From the IMG/VR virus record IMGVR_UViG_3300035703_000080, positions 3,850 through 67,849 of that record: DNA of 64,000 nt. The stretch is one strand, 5' to 3'. The notes below the pieces were generated by a model that worked only from the letters and a program-made list of their open reading frames with translations, was not told where the DNA came from and did no database searches. Within the stretch, counting starts at the first letter, position 1. Every line of letters starts with the position of its first letter. Shown piece by piece: positions 51,703 to 60,865 of the stretch. This DNA is from a virus. A program made the translations under genes and the position numbers.

Positions 51703-52807
51703 CCGTTTTGCTAACGGTAAGAACGCTTTTGGGTTCTGTGATGTGTGTTCTTTTAGGTTTCCTCTAAGGAGACTGAAGAACCTCGTCGTCAAGACGAAAG
51801 AGACACAGATCAAGGCTTGTCCGCAGTGCTGGACACCGGATCAGCCGCAGTTGCAACTCGGGATGTACCCGATCAGCGACCCGCAGGCTATCAGAGACCC
51901 ACGCCCGGACACAAACACGTGGTATCAGTCTGGCGTCAATGCTATCGGCAACGTCAGCGAAGGCATGTTGGTCACCCAGTGGGGCTGGGGCCCTATCGGT
52001 GGTGCGCGAGACTTCACTGATCCGTTGACCCCCAACGCGCTTGTCGGCGTGGGGCAGGTTGGTCAGGTGACCTCTTTTGCCCCTTGGACCTCCCTTTTGT
52101 TCACCACGCCCGGTACATATTCTTGGACTGCACCTGTTGGCGTCACGCAGGTGTATGTTCTTTGCGTTGGCGGCGGAGGAAGTGGTAGGTCTATTGGTGG
52201 TCCAGGGGCCCCAGGAGGTGATTCTAGTTTTGACACCTTCTTTGCCGGTGGGGGCGCAGGCAGTATAAGTTCGCTAGGCGGTGCTGGCGGCACGGGCACT
52301 ACATTGAGTGCCACCGTTTTTGGTGGTAACGGTGGTGCAGGGGGTAACTACACTGTCTTTCCGCCCGGTGGCGGCGGGGGCGCAGGTGGTTATGCAGGCG
52401 CGGGCGGTGCCGGTAGTGCGTTCCCTTCGGCGGGCGGTACAGGTGTAGGCGGAGCTGCTGGAGGCGGTTCTAGTGGGATTTCTTTGGGCGCTGGCGGTGG
52501 CGGTGTCGGTTTGAACGGTCAGGGGGCAAGCGGCGCAGGCGGCACAACCGTGACTGGAGGCTATGGTTTTGGTGGCTCCGGTGGCCAAAACGGTGACGCA
52601 AACGGTAACGGAGGCCTTTACGGTGGCGGCGGAGGCGGAAATAGTTCTTTTTGTGGCGGCGGAGGCGGCGGCGGACTTCGTTGGACATTCTTGCCCGTCG
52701 TTCCCGGAACCACATATCCCGTTGTTGTTGGCGCAGGTGGTGTTGCTCCAGTAGGACCTAGCGGTGGTAACGGAGCAGTTCGCATCGACTATCTGCTGGT
52801 TCCCTAA
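51695..52807 (+). CDS. Virion protein: Cys-containing N-terminal domain fused to a glycine-rich domain
   Basis: FCDVC...CPQC...PQAIRDPRPD, then FTTPGTYSWTAPVGVTQV...GGGGG...GNGAVRI. Confidence 0.7.
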   Translation: MANRFANGKNAFGFCDVCSFRFPLRRLKNLVVKTKETQIKACPQCWTPDQPQLQLGMYPISDPQAIRDPRPDTNTWYQSGVNAIGNVSEGMLVTQWGWGPIGGARDFTDPLTPNALVGVGQVGQVTSFAPWTSLLFTTPGTYSWTAPVGVTQVYVLCVGGGGSGRSIGGPGAPGGDSSFDTFFAGGGAGSISSLGGAGGTGTTLSATVFGGNGGAGGNYTVFPPGGGGGAGGYAGAGGAGSAFPSAGGTGVGGAAGGGSSGISLGAGGGGVGLNGQGASGAGGTTVTGGYGFGGSGGQNGDANGNGGLYGGGGGGNSSFCGGGGGGGLRWTFLPVVPGTTYPVVVGAGGVAPVGPSGGNGAVRIDYLLVP

Positions 52808-52858
52808 ACCGCCGGTCAGCGGTATCATTCACACGGGCGCAGCCCGAAGGAGTTCAAG

Positions 52859-53035
52859 ATGAAAAAGTCCATGTCCCCCAAGCAAGCCGTGCACAAGCAC
52901 GAGACGGCGATGCACCCGGGCAAGCCCAAGACGAAGCTCGCCAAGGGTGGTGTCACCACGCAGGCCGCTCAGCAGATGGGCCGCAACATGGCCCGTGCGG
53001 CCAACCAAGGCGCTGTCGGGCGCAAGAAGGGGTGA
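52859..53035 (+). CDS. 58-aa basic protein (MKKSMSPKQAVHKHE...LAKGG...GRNMARA)
   Basis: Translated by hand; SD AAGGAG. Confidence 0.65.
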   Translation: MKKSMSPKQAVHKHETAMHPGKPKTKLAKGGVTTQAAQQMGRNMARAANQGAVGRKKG

Positions 53036-53039
53036 CCCC

Positions 53040-53219
53040 ATGATGAAGGCCAAACGTGTCCCTACGCCGTCGCTGAGCGACCCTGAGCGCACTCCCCCAC
53101 GCCTTGTGGTCGGCACTGCCGCCACGGCTCCCTGCCCGCCTGTGAAGACCTCCGGGATCAAGGTGCGCGGCACGGGTGCGGCCACCAAAGGTACGATGGC
53201 CCGAGGGCCGATGGCGTAA
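53040..53219 (+). CDS. Small basic protein
   Basis: KTSGIKVRGTGAATKGTMARGPMA. Confidence 0.65.
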   Translation: MMKAKRVPTPSLSDPERTPPRLVVGTAATAPCPPVKTSGIKVRGTGAATKGTMARGPMA

Positions 53220-53222
53220 GCC

Positions 53223-53876
53223 ATGAACTACACCGCGCTCAAGGCCGCTGTCGAGGACGCTGTTGAGAATACATTCTCAGCAGCGGACTTTGAAACGCTC
53301 ACCAAACTGGCTGAGCAGAAGATCTACCAGTCGGTTCAGCTTCCGATTCTGCGGAAGGACGCGACGCTGGCCCTGACCAGCGGCGTGCAAACGCTTGACC
53401 TACCGACAGACTTCTTGGCGATGTACAGCCTCGCGGTGTACTCGACGTTGCTGGGTGGCGGAGACCGGGAGTTCCTCCTGAACAAGGACGTGAACTTCAT
53501 GCGCGAGAGCTACCCCAACCCGGCCACCACAGGCACGCCACGGTACTACGCGCTCGACGGGACCAGCACACCGCTGGTGCAGAAGATCATCCTCGGCCCC
53601 ACGCCCGGTGCGAATTTCAGTGCTGAGCTGAACTACTTCTACCAGCCGGAGAGCATCGTCACCGCAGGCAATACGTGGCTGGGTGACAACTTCGAGTCGG
53701 TGCTGTTCAACGCGGTCATGGTCGAGGCTGCTCGGTTCATGAAGGAAGAGGCGGACATCGTCACGATGTACCAGAACCAGTTCAACGAGTCGTTCCTGCT
53801 GCTCAAGAACCTTGGGGATGGCAAGAACCGCATGGACGCCTACCGCAGCGGGCAGGTACGGACTCCTGTCAAGTAA
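53223..53876 (+). CDS. Head-tail connector/adaptor protein
   Basis: MNYTAL...AEQKI...LPTDFL...GTPRYYA...LGPTP...TWL pattern. Confidence 0.7.
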   Translation: MNYTALKAAVEDAVENTFSAADFETLTKLAEQKIYQSVQLPILRKDATLALTSGVQTLDLPTDFLAMYSLAVYSTLLGGGDREFLLNKDVNFMRESYPNPATTGTPRYYALDGTSTPLVQKIILGPTPGANFSAELNYFYQPESIVTAGNTWLGDNFESVLFNAVMVEAARFMKEEADIVTMYQNQFNESFLLLKNLGDGKNRMDAYRSGQVRTPVK

Positions 53877-53885
53877 GGCGACGCT

Positions 53886-54302
53886 ATGGCAATCCTTCAA
53901 GGCATGTGTTCGTCGTTCAAACAGGAGTCCTGGCTGGGCATCCATGACCTCGCCACTGACACCCTGAAGCTGGCGCTCTACACCGCTGCGGCTGATCTGA
54001 GCCAAGCGACGACGGTTTACACGCCGACCGGCGAGGTGGCCGGTACGGGCTACATTGCGGGCGGCATTCCGCTTGTCAACGTCCAAGTTCTCCTGTCCGG
54101 GACCACTGCCTACGTCACCTTCGACAACCCGGTGTTCGCCAACGCCTCGTTCGTCTGCCGGGGCGGGCTGATCTACAACGCCAGCAAGGCCGACCGCGCC
54201 ATCGCGGTGCTGGACTTCGGCGCGGACAAGACGGCATCGGGCACGTTCACCATTCAACTCCCTGCGGCCACAGCCGCGTCGGCGCTGCTGCGCTTCGCTT
54301 GA
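53886..54302 (+). CDS. Tail/virion structural protein (138 aa)
   Basis: SFKQE...KLALYT...GYIAGG...VLDFGADKT...FTIQ. Confidence 0.7.
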   Translation: MAILQGMCSSFKQESWLGIHDLATDTLKLALYTAAADLSQATTVYTPTGEVAGTGYIAGGIPLVNVQVLLSGTTAYVTFDNPVFANASFVCRGGLIYNASKADRAIAVLDFGADKTASGTFTIQLPAATAASALLRFA

Positions 54303-54309
54303 GGTCACC

Positions 54310-56034
54310 ATGCCGTCCACCTTTACCCCTCTTCTTCGCCTGACCAAGCCTGGACTCAATGACACGGGCTGGGGCACCACGGTCAACAACGGTACGTTCG
54401 AGCTGATCGACAACTCCATCGCCGGTCTGGTGAGTGTGGATGTCACGTCGGGCAACGCGACCCTGACGACGGCCAACGGGGCGACGGATCAGGCGCGCTA
54501 CATGTTCATCCGCGCCTTCGGCGCATCGGTGGCCCGGGACGTGGTGGTCCCTGCGACCAGCAAGCTGTACTTCGTCATCAACGACTGCACGGCGGCGGTG
54601 ACGTTCAAGGTCTCTGGTCAGACAGGTGTGACTGTTCCTGGGGGTAAGACGGCAGTTCTCCGCTGCGATGGCACCGATGTGGTGGCGGCGGTGACGCACC
54701 TTACGGCGCTGTCAGTGGACGGTGATTTGGGCGTGGGGACGAGTTCGCCGGGCTACAAACTAGATATACAGGGCGCGTCAGGTGTCGGTATTCAAATCTA
54801 TGAAACATCGACAGGTTTTAACAACAGGCTCAGGATTACCCAAGACGCAGGTTTGGCGACATACGACACGACATACACCAGCAGTTCTACAAACGCGCAT
54901 GTCTGGAAGATTGCGGCTTTCGAGTACATGCGCCTCGACGCATCCGGAAACCTCGGGATTGGGACGAGTTCGCCGGCTTATAAGTTGGTCGTATCAAGCA
55001 ACGGCGCAAGTGGTATCGAGTTTGGTCCAGCCTTTTCTGGCACGGCAAACCTAATTCAAAGCTACAACCGCAGCGGTAGCGCGTACGTGAACACCGTGTA
55101 CGACGCAGCGTCCCACATTTACCAAGTAAGTGGCACCGAGCACATGCGCCTCGACGCATCCGGCAACCTCGGCCTGGGGGTGACGCCGAGTGCTTGGGCG
55201 AGCGGGTACGCCGCGCTGCAAATGAAATCGGGCGGCGCATCTTTGTGGTCAGACGGAACACAACGATTCTTCTTGTCTGCAAACGTCTACTACAACGGAA
55301 CAAACCGCATCTATCAGACCACAGGCGTGGCAAGTGAGTACATCCAAAACGGCGGCGCTCATTCTTGGTACACCGCCCCCTCCGGCACCGCAGGCAATCC
55401 CATCTCCTTCACGCAGGCGATGACGCTGGATGCGAATGGGAATTTGTTGGTGGGGACGACAAGCACCACTCTAGTTGGCGGTCGCGCTTCGAAAGTTAAT
55501 GTTGTACAAGACGCTATCGGGACTTGGGCTGGCGGCTTTATACACACTACGTCTAATAGCGCCGAACCGTTTGGTATAGCGGTTTTTTACTCTAACGCGG
55601 CACCAAACAACGTACAAAATCCATTTTTATATCTTGTAGACAACGCTGCATTGCGGGCAGAGATTCGTTCTAACGGAGGTCTTGCCAACTACAGCGGCAA
55701 CGACGTCAACCTTTCAGACCGCCGCGAGAAGACCAACTTCGCGCCTGCCAAGGCCTATCTCGACACCATCTGCGCCATCCCGGTTCAGACGTTCAACTAC
55801 ATCGACCAGAGCGAAGACGATCCGGGGCTAACTCTCGGCGTAGTCGCGCAAGACGTTCAAGCAGTCGCGCCTGAACTGGTGATGGAGTCCAACTGGGGCA
55901 CGAAAGACAACCCCAAGATGCGCCTGAGCATTTACCAGACTGACCTGCAATACGCCCTAATGAAGTGCATTCAGGAGCTGAAGGCAGAACTTGATCAGAC
56001 CAAGGCGCGGCTTGTTGCACTGGAGTCCAAATGA
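54310..56034 (+). CDS. Tail fibre with C-terminal intramolecular chaperone (peptidase S74)
   Basis: Repeated MRLDASGNLGIGTSSP units; SDRREK cleavage motif, GVVAQDV, terminal coiled coil. Confidence 0.85.
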   Translation: MPSTFTPLLRLTKPGLNDTGWGTTVNNGTFELIDNSIAGLVSVDVTSGNATLTTANGATDQARYMFIRAFGASVARDVVVPATSKLYFVINDCTAAVTFKVSGQTGVTVPGGKTAVLRCDGTDVVAAVTHLTALSVDGDLGVGTSSPGYKLDIQGASGVGIQIYETSTGFNNRLRITQDAGLATYDTTYTSSSTNAHVWKIAAFEYMRLDASGNLGIGTSSPAYKLVVSSNGASGIEFGPAFSGTANLIQSYNRSGSAYVNTVYDAASHIYQVSGTEHMRLDASGNLGLGVTPSAWASGYAALQMKSGGASLWSDGTQRFFLSANVYYNGTNRIYQTTGVASEYIQNGGAHSWYTAPSGTAGNPISFTQAMTLDANGNLLVGTTSTTLVGGRASKVNVVQDAIGTWAGGFIHTTSNSAEPFGIAVFYSNAAPNNVQNPFLYLVDNAALRAEIRSNGGLANYSGNDVNLSDRREKTNFAPAKAYLDTICAIPVQTFNYIDQSEDDPGLTLGVVAQDVQAVAPELVMESNWGTKDNPKMRLSIYQTDLQYALMKCIQELKAELDQTKARLVALESK

Positions 56035-56507
56035 ACTTCGACGCAGCATTCGACGTTCTCCTCAAGCATGAGGGCGGCTTCTCTGACCACGCCGCTGACC
56101 CGGGCGGCAAGACCCGCTACGGCATCACCGAGGCCGTCGCACGCAGGGTGGGCTACCGGGGCGACATGCGCGAGCTGCCGCTCGATCTGGCCAAGCGAAT
56201 CTACCGTGAGGACTACTGGCAAGCTGTCCGTGCCGAGCAACTGCCCCCTGCGGTCCGCTACGCCGTCTTCGACGCTGCGGTGAACTCAGGCCCTGCGCAG
56301 TCTGTGCGCTGGCTACAGCGGGCCCTTGGCGTAACGGACGACGGTGTCATCGGACCCCAGACCCTGTCTGCGGCCAACCAAGCCAACCCCGACGCGCTCC
56401 GCGCCCGCCTCGTGGCCCAGCGCCTGCGCTTCATGACCAACCTCGACACCTTCGGCACTTTCGGTCGTGGGTGGACCCGTCGCTGCTGTGACATCCTGAC
56501 CATGTGA
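56031..56507 (+). CDS. Endolysin, glycoside hydrolase family 108
   Basis: HEGGFSDHAADPGGKTRYGIT, FDAAVNSG, DGVIGPQT, FGRGWTRR. Confidence 0.9.
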   Translation: MNFDAAFDVLLKHEGGFSDHAADPGGKTRYGITEAVARRVGYRGDMRELPLDLAKRIYREDYWQAVRAEQLPPAVRYAVFDAAVNSGPAQSVRWLQRALGVTDDGVIGPQTLSAANQANPDALRARLVAQRLRFMTNLDTFGTFGRGWTRRCCDILTM

Positions 56508-56514
56508 GGCCACT

Positions 56515-56775
56515 ATGACCGCTCTTGCCGTCGCGCTGCTGCTTGCCGCAGCTCCGGTCCCTGTGGCCGAGTATCGTGAGGGCGATGCGCGGGTCGAGCT
56601 GTACGCCGAAGCAGGCCCCTGTGTGGGTAGCGCCCGGTGGGCGGTGTTCCTCCAAGGCCCGGTGCGCGTGCCGGGGTGCTGGCTTCTGACAGGAGACTCT
56701 GTTCAAATCGCGTGGCTGGACGGTGATTTCACCAGAGTGCCCACGCATGTGTTTCGCAAACCGGAGGTTCTATGA
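56515..56775 (+). CDS. Hypothetical secreted protein
   Basis: Signal-peptide-like N-terminus; GCW motif. Confidence 0.55.
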   Translation: MTALAVALLLAAAPVPVAEYREGDARVELYAEAGPCVGSARWAVFLQGPVRVPGCWLLTGDSVQIAWLDGDFTRVPTHVFRKPEVL

Positions 56776-57176
56776 ACCCGCTCTTTCTCGGCCCCATCCT
56801 TGAGGTGGGAAAGACGCTCCTTGATCGGTTCGTCCCCGACCCCGAAAAGCGCCGTGAGGCAGAGGCTGAGTTCCTCAAGCAGGCGATGGACGGCGAACTC
56901 AAGCAGGTCATCGCCCAATTGGAGATCAACGCCAAAGAGGCGCTGCACCCCTCTGTGTGGGTTGCGGGATGGCGACCTTTCGTGGGTTGGGTCGGTGGCC
57001 TGGGGCTCATGTACGCCACGCTTGGTCAACCGGTGCTGACTTGGGTAGGTTCTATCCACGGCTGGCCTGCACCCCCTACGGTTGAGACCGACCTTTTGTG
57101 GGTTGTTCTGTCTGGCATGCTAGGTATTGGTGGCCTCAGAAGTGTGGAAAAGATCAAGGGCGTAGCTACGAAGTAA
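56772..57176 (+). CDS. Holin (3TM/GTA-holin-like)
   Basis: GWRPFVGW...MLGIGGLRSVEKIKG. Confidence 0.8.
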   Translation: MNPLFLGPILEVGKTLLDRFVPDPEKRREAEAEFLKQAMDGELKQVIAQLEINAKEALHPSVWVAGWRPFVGWVGGLGLMYATLGQPVLTWVGSIHGWPAPPTVETDLLWVVLSGMLGIGGLRSVEKIKGVATK

Positions 57177-57180
57177 CACC

Positions 57181-59115
57181 ATGCCGCTGAAAGCACTACG
57201 TCTCAAACCCGGTATCTTCCGGGAGAACACACGCTACTCCGCAGAAGGCGGATGGTACGAGTGTGACAAAGTGCGTTTCCGCTCGGGGCAACCTGAAAAG
57301 ATCGGCGGCTGGCAGCAGCTCAGCAACGACCAATTCCTGGGGGTATGTCGTTCTCTCTGGCCCTGGACAAGCTACATCGGTGTAGGAACAAACCTCAAGT
57401 ACTACATCTATTTCGGCACCTACGACGACATAACCCCCATACGCCGTGTAACAACTCCTGGGACTATAAGCCTTTCTGTCACAGCAGGGTCAAACATCAT
57501 GACCGTGACAGATAATAATCATGGATGTATTACAGGAGACTTTGTAACATTCAGCGGTGCAACAGGCTTTGGCGGGAATGTCACACCCGCTGTGATTGAC
57601 CAAGAGTACCAAGTAACTGTAATAGATGCAAACACATACACTGTTGTTCTGCCTGTTGTTGCCAACGTAGCAGACGAAATCTACCTTGACCTTGACTTTG
57701 TTACCGACACCTATGACGAGTGGGATACCACAGAAACGGTTGTCGGTACATACCAAATCAACGTAGGTAATGCCATCCAAATCGCCACGGTGGGCTGGGG
57801 TTCAGGCGGCTGGGATTCAGGCGGTTGGGGAGGATCAGGCACAGGTGTTTCACAAATCGGCATCTGGACGGCATATAACTTCGGCGAAGATCTATTGATC
57901 AATCCTATCGGCGGAGGTGTCTACTACTGGGACGCTTCTGCGGGGACATCAGTACGAGCAGTTGATATCTCAACCCTCTCCGGTGCCAGTGACACGCCCA
58001 GCAAGGCGAACTATATTGTCGTCTCCGATGCCTCGCGCTTCGTCTTGGCTTTCGGCACGACGGACTACGGCTCGCCTTCGTTGGACCCCATGCTGATCCG
58101 CTGGTCGGATCAGGAGACCGCTGCCAACTGGACACCCGCAGCCACTACGCAGGCCGGTAGCCTACGTCTGTCGCATGGTTCAAAGATCGAAGCTGTAGCG
58201 CAGGTGCGTCAAGAGATTCTTGTTTGGACGGACACCTCGCTCTACTCCCTCCAATACCTCGGCCCGCCCATCGTCTGGGGCTCGCAGATCCTCGCGGACA
58301 ATATCACCATCGTCAGTGACCGCGCCTGGGCCACGGCTGCGGGTGTCACCTACTGGATGGGCTACGAGAAGTTCTACATGTTCGACGGGCGCGTGCAAAC
58401 GCTCAACTGCGACATCCGCCAGTTCATCTTCAACGATTTCAACTACAGTCAGAACCTACAGGTCTTTTGCTCAACGGTCGAACAATTCAGCGAGGTCTGG
58501 TGGTTCTATTGTTCCGCTAACTCTACTACGGTAGACCGCTACGCGGTGTTCAATTACGCTGAAAATATCTGGTACTACGGGTCGTTGGCGCGTACCGCGT
58601 GGGTCGATGCGAGTGTGATAGCGGATGTCCCCATCTCTGCGGACTACAACAACCGGTTGAATTTTCAAGAAACAGGTTGTGATGATGCGTCCACAGTGTC
58701 CCCCCAGCCTATTGACGCCTACATCACGTCGTCTGAGTTTGATATTGACGACGGACACAACTTTGGTTTTGTCTGGCGCGTAATCCCGGACGTCACGTTC
58801 AACGGGTCTACGACGGTCCTGCCTGCACAGCCCAGCGTCGAACTATCGCTCCTCACGCTGCAAAACTCCGGTTCAGGATACACGCGGGGCGTGGACCCGG
58901 TGACTACCGAAACCTCTAACATGTCGGTTGCGGGGAGCAACGCATTCCCCGTGGCGCGAGTAGCGACAACGACGGTGGAGCGCTTCACTCAACAGGTCAA
59001 CATCCGAATCAGGGCACGCCAGATGGCGCTCAAGGTAGGGTCTACAGGCCTGGGGGTGCAGTGGCAGCTTGGTGTGCCGCGTATTGATCTGCGGCCAGAT
59101 GGTCGTAAGTCATGA
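57181..59115 (+). CDS. Tail nozzle/stabilisation protein (tubular protein B-like)
   Basis: Beta-propeller-like 644 aa: KVRFRSGQPEKIGGW, IRWSDQE, WWFYCS, WQLGVPRIDLRPDG. Confidence 0.75.
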   Translation: MPLKALRLKPGIFRENTRYSAEGGWYECDKVRFRSGQPEKIGGWQQLSNDQFLGVCRSLWPWTSYIGVGTNLKYYIYFGTYDDITPIRRVTTPGTISLSVTAGSNIMTVTDNNHGCITGDFVTFSGATGFGGNVTPAVIDQEYQVTVIDANTYTVVLPVVANVADEIYLDLDFVTDTYDEWDTTETVVGTYQINVGNAIQIATVGWGSGGWDSGGWGGSGTGVSQIGIWTAYNFGEDLLINPIGGGVYYWDASAGTSVRAVDISTLSGASDTPSKANYIVVSDASRFVLAFGTTDYGSPSLDPMLIRWSDQETAANWTPAATTQAGSLRLSHGSKIEAVAQVRQEILVWTDTSLYSLQYLGPPIVWGSQILADNITIVSDRAWATAAGVTYWMGYEKFYMFDGRVQTLNCDIRQFIFNDFNYSQNLQVFCSTVEQFSEVWWFYCSANSTTVDRYAVFNYAENIWYYGSLARTAWVDASVIADVPISADYNNRLNFQETGCDDASTVSPQPIDAYITSSEFDIDDGHNFGFVWRVIPDVTFNGSTTVLPAQPSVELSLLTLQNSGSGYTRGVDPVTTETSNMSVAGSNAFPVARVATTTVERFTQQVNIRIRARQMALKVGSTGLGVQWQLGVPRIDLRPDGRKS

Positions 59116-60461
59116 GTATCTGGGCCAATATCGTCAAACGCTTCAAAGCACCGGCACTGCCGTTGCCCACGCGTGAGTACGACCTGAACTACTTCAACCA
59201 GCTTCTCAGTGTTCTCCGCCTTTACTTCAACCAACTGGATAACCTGCTTGGAGAAATCGTGGCCGCACAACCTGTAAACGTCCAGTTCTACGGCTCTGCC
59301 TTGGACGCGTTTGGCCGCGCACGGTTCAGCCAGCCTTTCACCCTGTTTGACAGCCAGAACAGGTACGCCAAGAATGACGATTTTGATGAGGCACTGACCG
59401 GGTCTGGCACGGTGACCTACGTCACCAATGAGTCCACGGTAGAGTTGAACACCACCACAGCTTCCGGCGACAAGGTCATTCGGCAAACCAAGCGCTCGTT
59501 CTCGTACCAACCCGGGAAGAGTCTGCTGACGTTCAACACTTTTGTGATGAGCGCAGCGCAGCCGGATCTTCGGATGCGGGTTGGGTATTTCAACGATCAG
59601 AACGGCGTGTTCTTTGACCGCAGCGGGTCAACGCTGTACTTCGTGCGCAGGACGTATGTTTCGGGTGCGGCGGTAGACACTCCCGTAGCCCAGATTGACT
59701 GGAACGGCGACAAGTTGGACGGCACTGGAGATTCAGGGCTTACCCTCGACGTTACTAAGGCGCAAATTCTTTGGCAGGACTTCGAGTGGCTTGGAGTTGG
59801 CTCCGTCCGGTGCGGCTTCGTGATCGACGGGCAGGTCATCATCTGCCATACGTTTCAAAATGCCAACAACCTGACCAGCGTTTACATGACGACGGCAATT
59901 CTGCCGCTGCGGTACGAGGTCGAAAACGTCGGGTCGATTGCTTCCAACGCCAAGCTCAAGCAGATCTGCTCGACGGTGATCTCGGAAGGCGGGTATGAGA
60001 AAAAGGTGAACCTGAACGTCGCCCGAATGACCACGGCGAACACCGGCGTCACCACGAGTTTCATCCCCCTGGTCTCCATCCGTCTTGCCTCGGGCCGCAC
60101 GGGTGCGGTGGTGCTGCCTGACGGATACTCTGCTCTGTGCAGCGGGACGAACGGCGAGTTCGAGATCGCGCTGTTCAAGAATGCGACGCTGACCGGCGCA
60201 TCCTTTGTAACATCCGACTCGGCCAACGTCGAGCAGGACATCTCTGCCACAGCGATGACGGGCGGTACCATGATCAGGAATACCTACACCTCGTCAGGTG
60301 CGCAGGTCGACGGGTCGGTGGATTCCCCCGAGAACTACAACTGGGATTTGCAGATCGGCGCAACCATTGGTGGCACGAGTGACATCTACACGCTGGCTGT
60401 CCGCACGTTAAGTAGTACGCACAGTGCCATCGGTTCCTTGTCGTTCTGGGACTTGACGTGA
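59112..60461 (+). CDS. Tail-associated structural protein
   Basis: APALP...LRLYFNQLD N-terminus followed by a DAFGR...YQPGK...WLGVGSVR domain. Confidence 0.65.
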   Translation: MSIWANIVKRFKAPALPLPTREYDLNYFNQLLSVLRLYFNQLDNLLGEIVAAQPVNVQFYGSALDAFGRARFSQPFTLFDSQNRYAKNDDFDEALTGSGTVTYVTNESTVELNTTTASGDKVIRQTKRSFSYQPGKSLLTFNTFVMSAAQPDLRMRVGYFNDQNGVFFDRSGSTLYFVRRTYVSGAAVDTPVAQIDWNGDKLDGTGDSGLTLDVTKAQILWQDFEWLGVGSVRCGFVIDGQVIICHTFQNANNLTSVYMTTAILPLRYEVENVGSIASNAKLKQICSTVISEGGYEKKVNLNVARMTTANTGVTTSFIPLVSIRLASGRTGAVVLPDGYSALCSGTNGEFEIALFKNATLTGASFVTSDSANVEQDISATAMTGGTMIRNTYTSSGAQVDGSVDSPENYNWDLQIGATIGGTSDIYTLAVRTLSSTHSAIGSLSFWDLT

Positions 60462-60865
60462 TTGAAGTGCACCACGTCCCAACCTCGTTCGTCCATCAGC
60501 AATGGGCGTCGGTGGCGGAGCACTTGGATGCCGCGCTGGAATATGCGCAGGGGGACCTCACGCTGGACCAGTTGCGGGCTGACCTGGGAACGAACCGGCT
60601 GGCGCTCTACAAGTGGGTTGATGGTGGGCGGACGGTGGGCGCTGCGGCGGTGGTGTTCCAGAACAAGCCCAACGCCCGAGTGGCGTTCGTGGTGGCGATT
60701 GGCGGGCGCGGAGTGTTTGATCTCTATGCCTGGGGACGGTTTTGTGATCTCTTACGTCGAGCCGGCGCTACGAAAGTAGCCGGTGCGATGCGCGATTCGA
60801 TGCTGCGTCTGACGCGCCGTGTCGGTGTCCGAAAGAAGTACAGCATTGGTGAGGTGGATCTATGA
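60458..60865 (+). CDS. GNAT-fold-like virion assembly protein
   Basis: Sits between tail and ejection genes; VAFVVAIGG motif. Confidence 0.55.
   Translation: MIEVHHVPTSFVHQQWASVAEHLDAALEYAQGDLTLDQLRADLGTNRLALYKWVDGGRTVGAAAVVFQNKPNARVAFVVAIGGRGVFDLYAWGRFCDLLRRAGATKVAGAMRDSMLRLTRRVGVRKKYSIGEVDL

Noticed and set aside
54925-55175. Diversity-generating retroelement repeats in the tail fibre
   Set aside because: The repeats are in-frame MRLDASGNLG structural units, with no adenine-specific pattern and no reverse transcriptase in the window.
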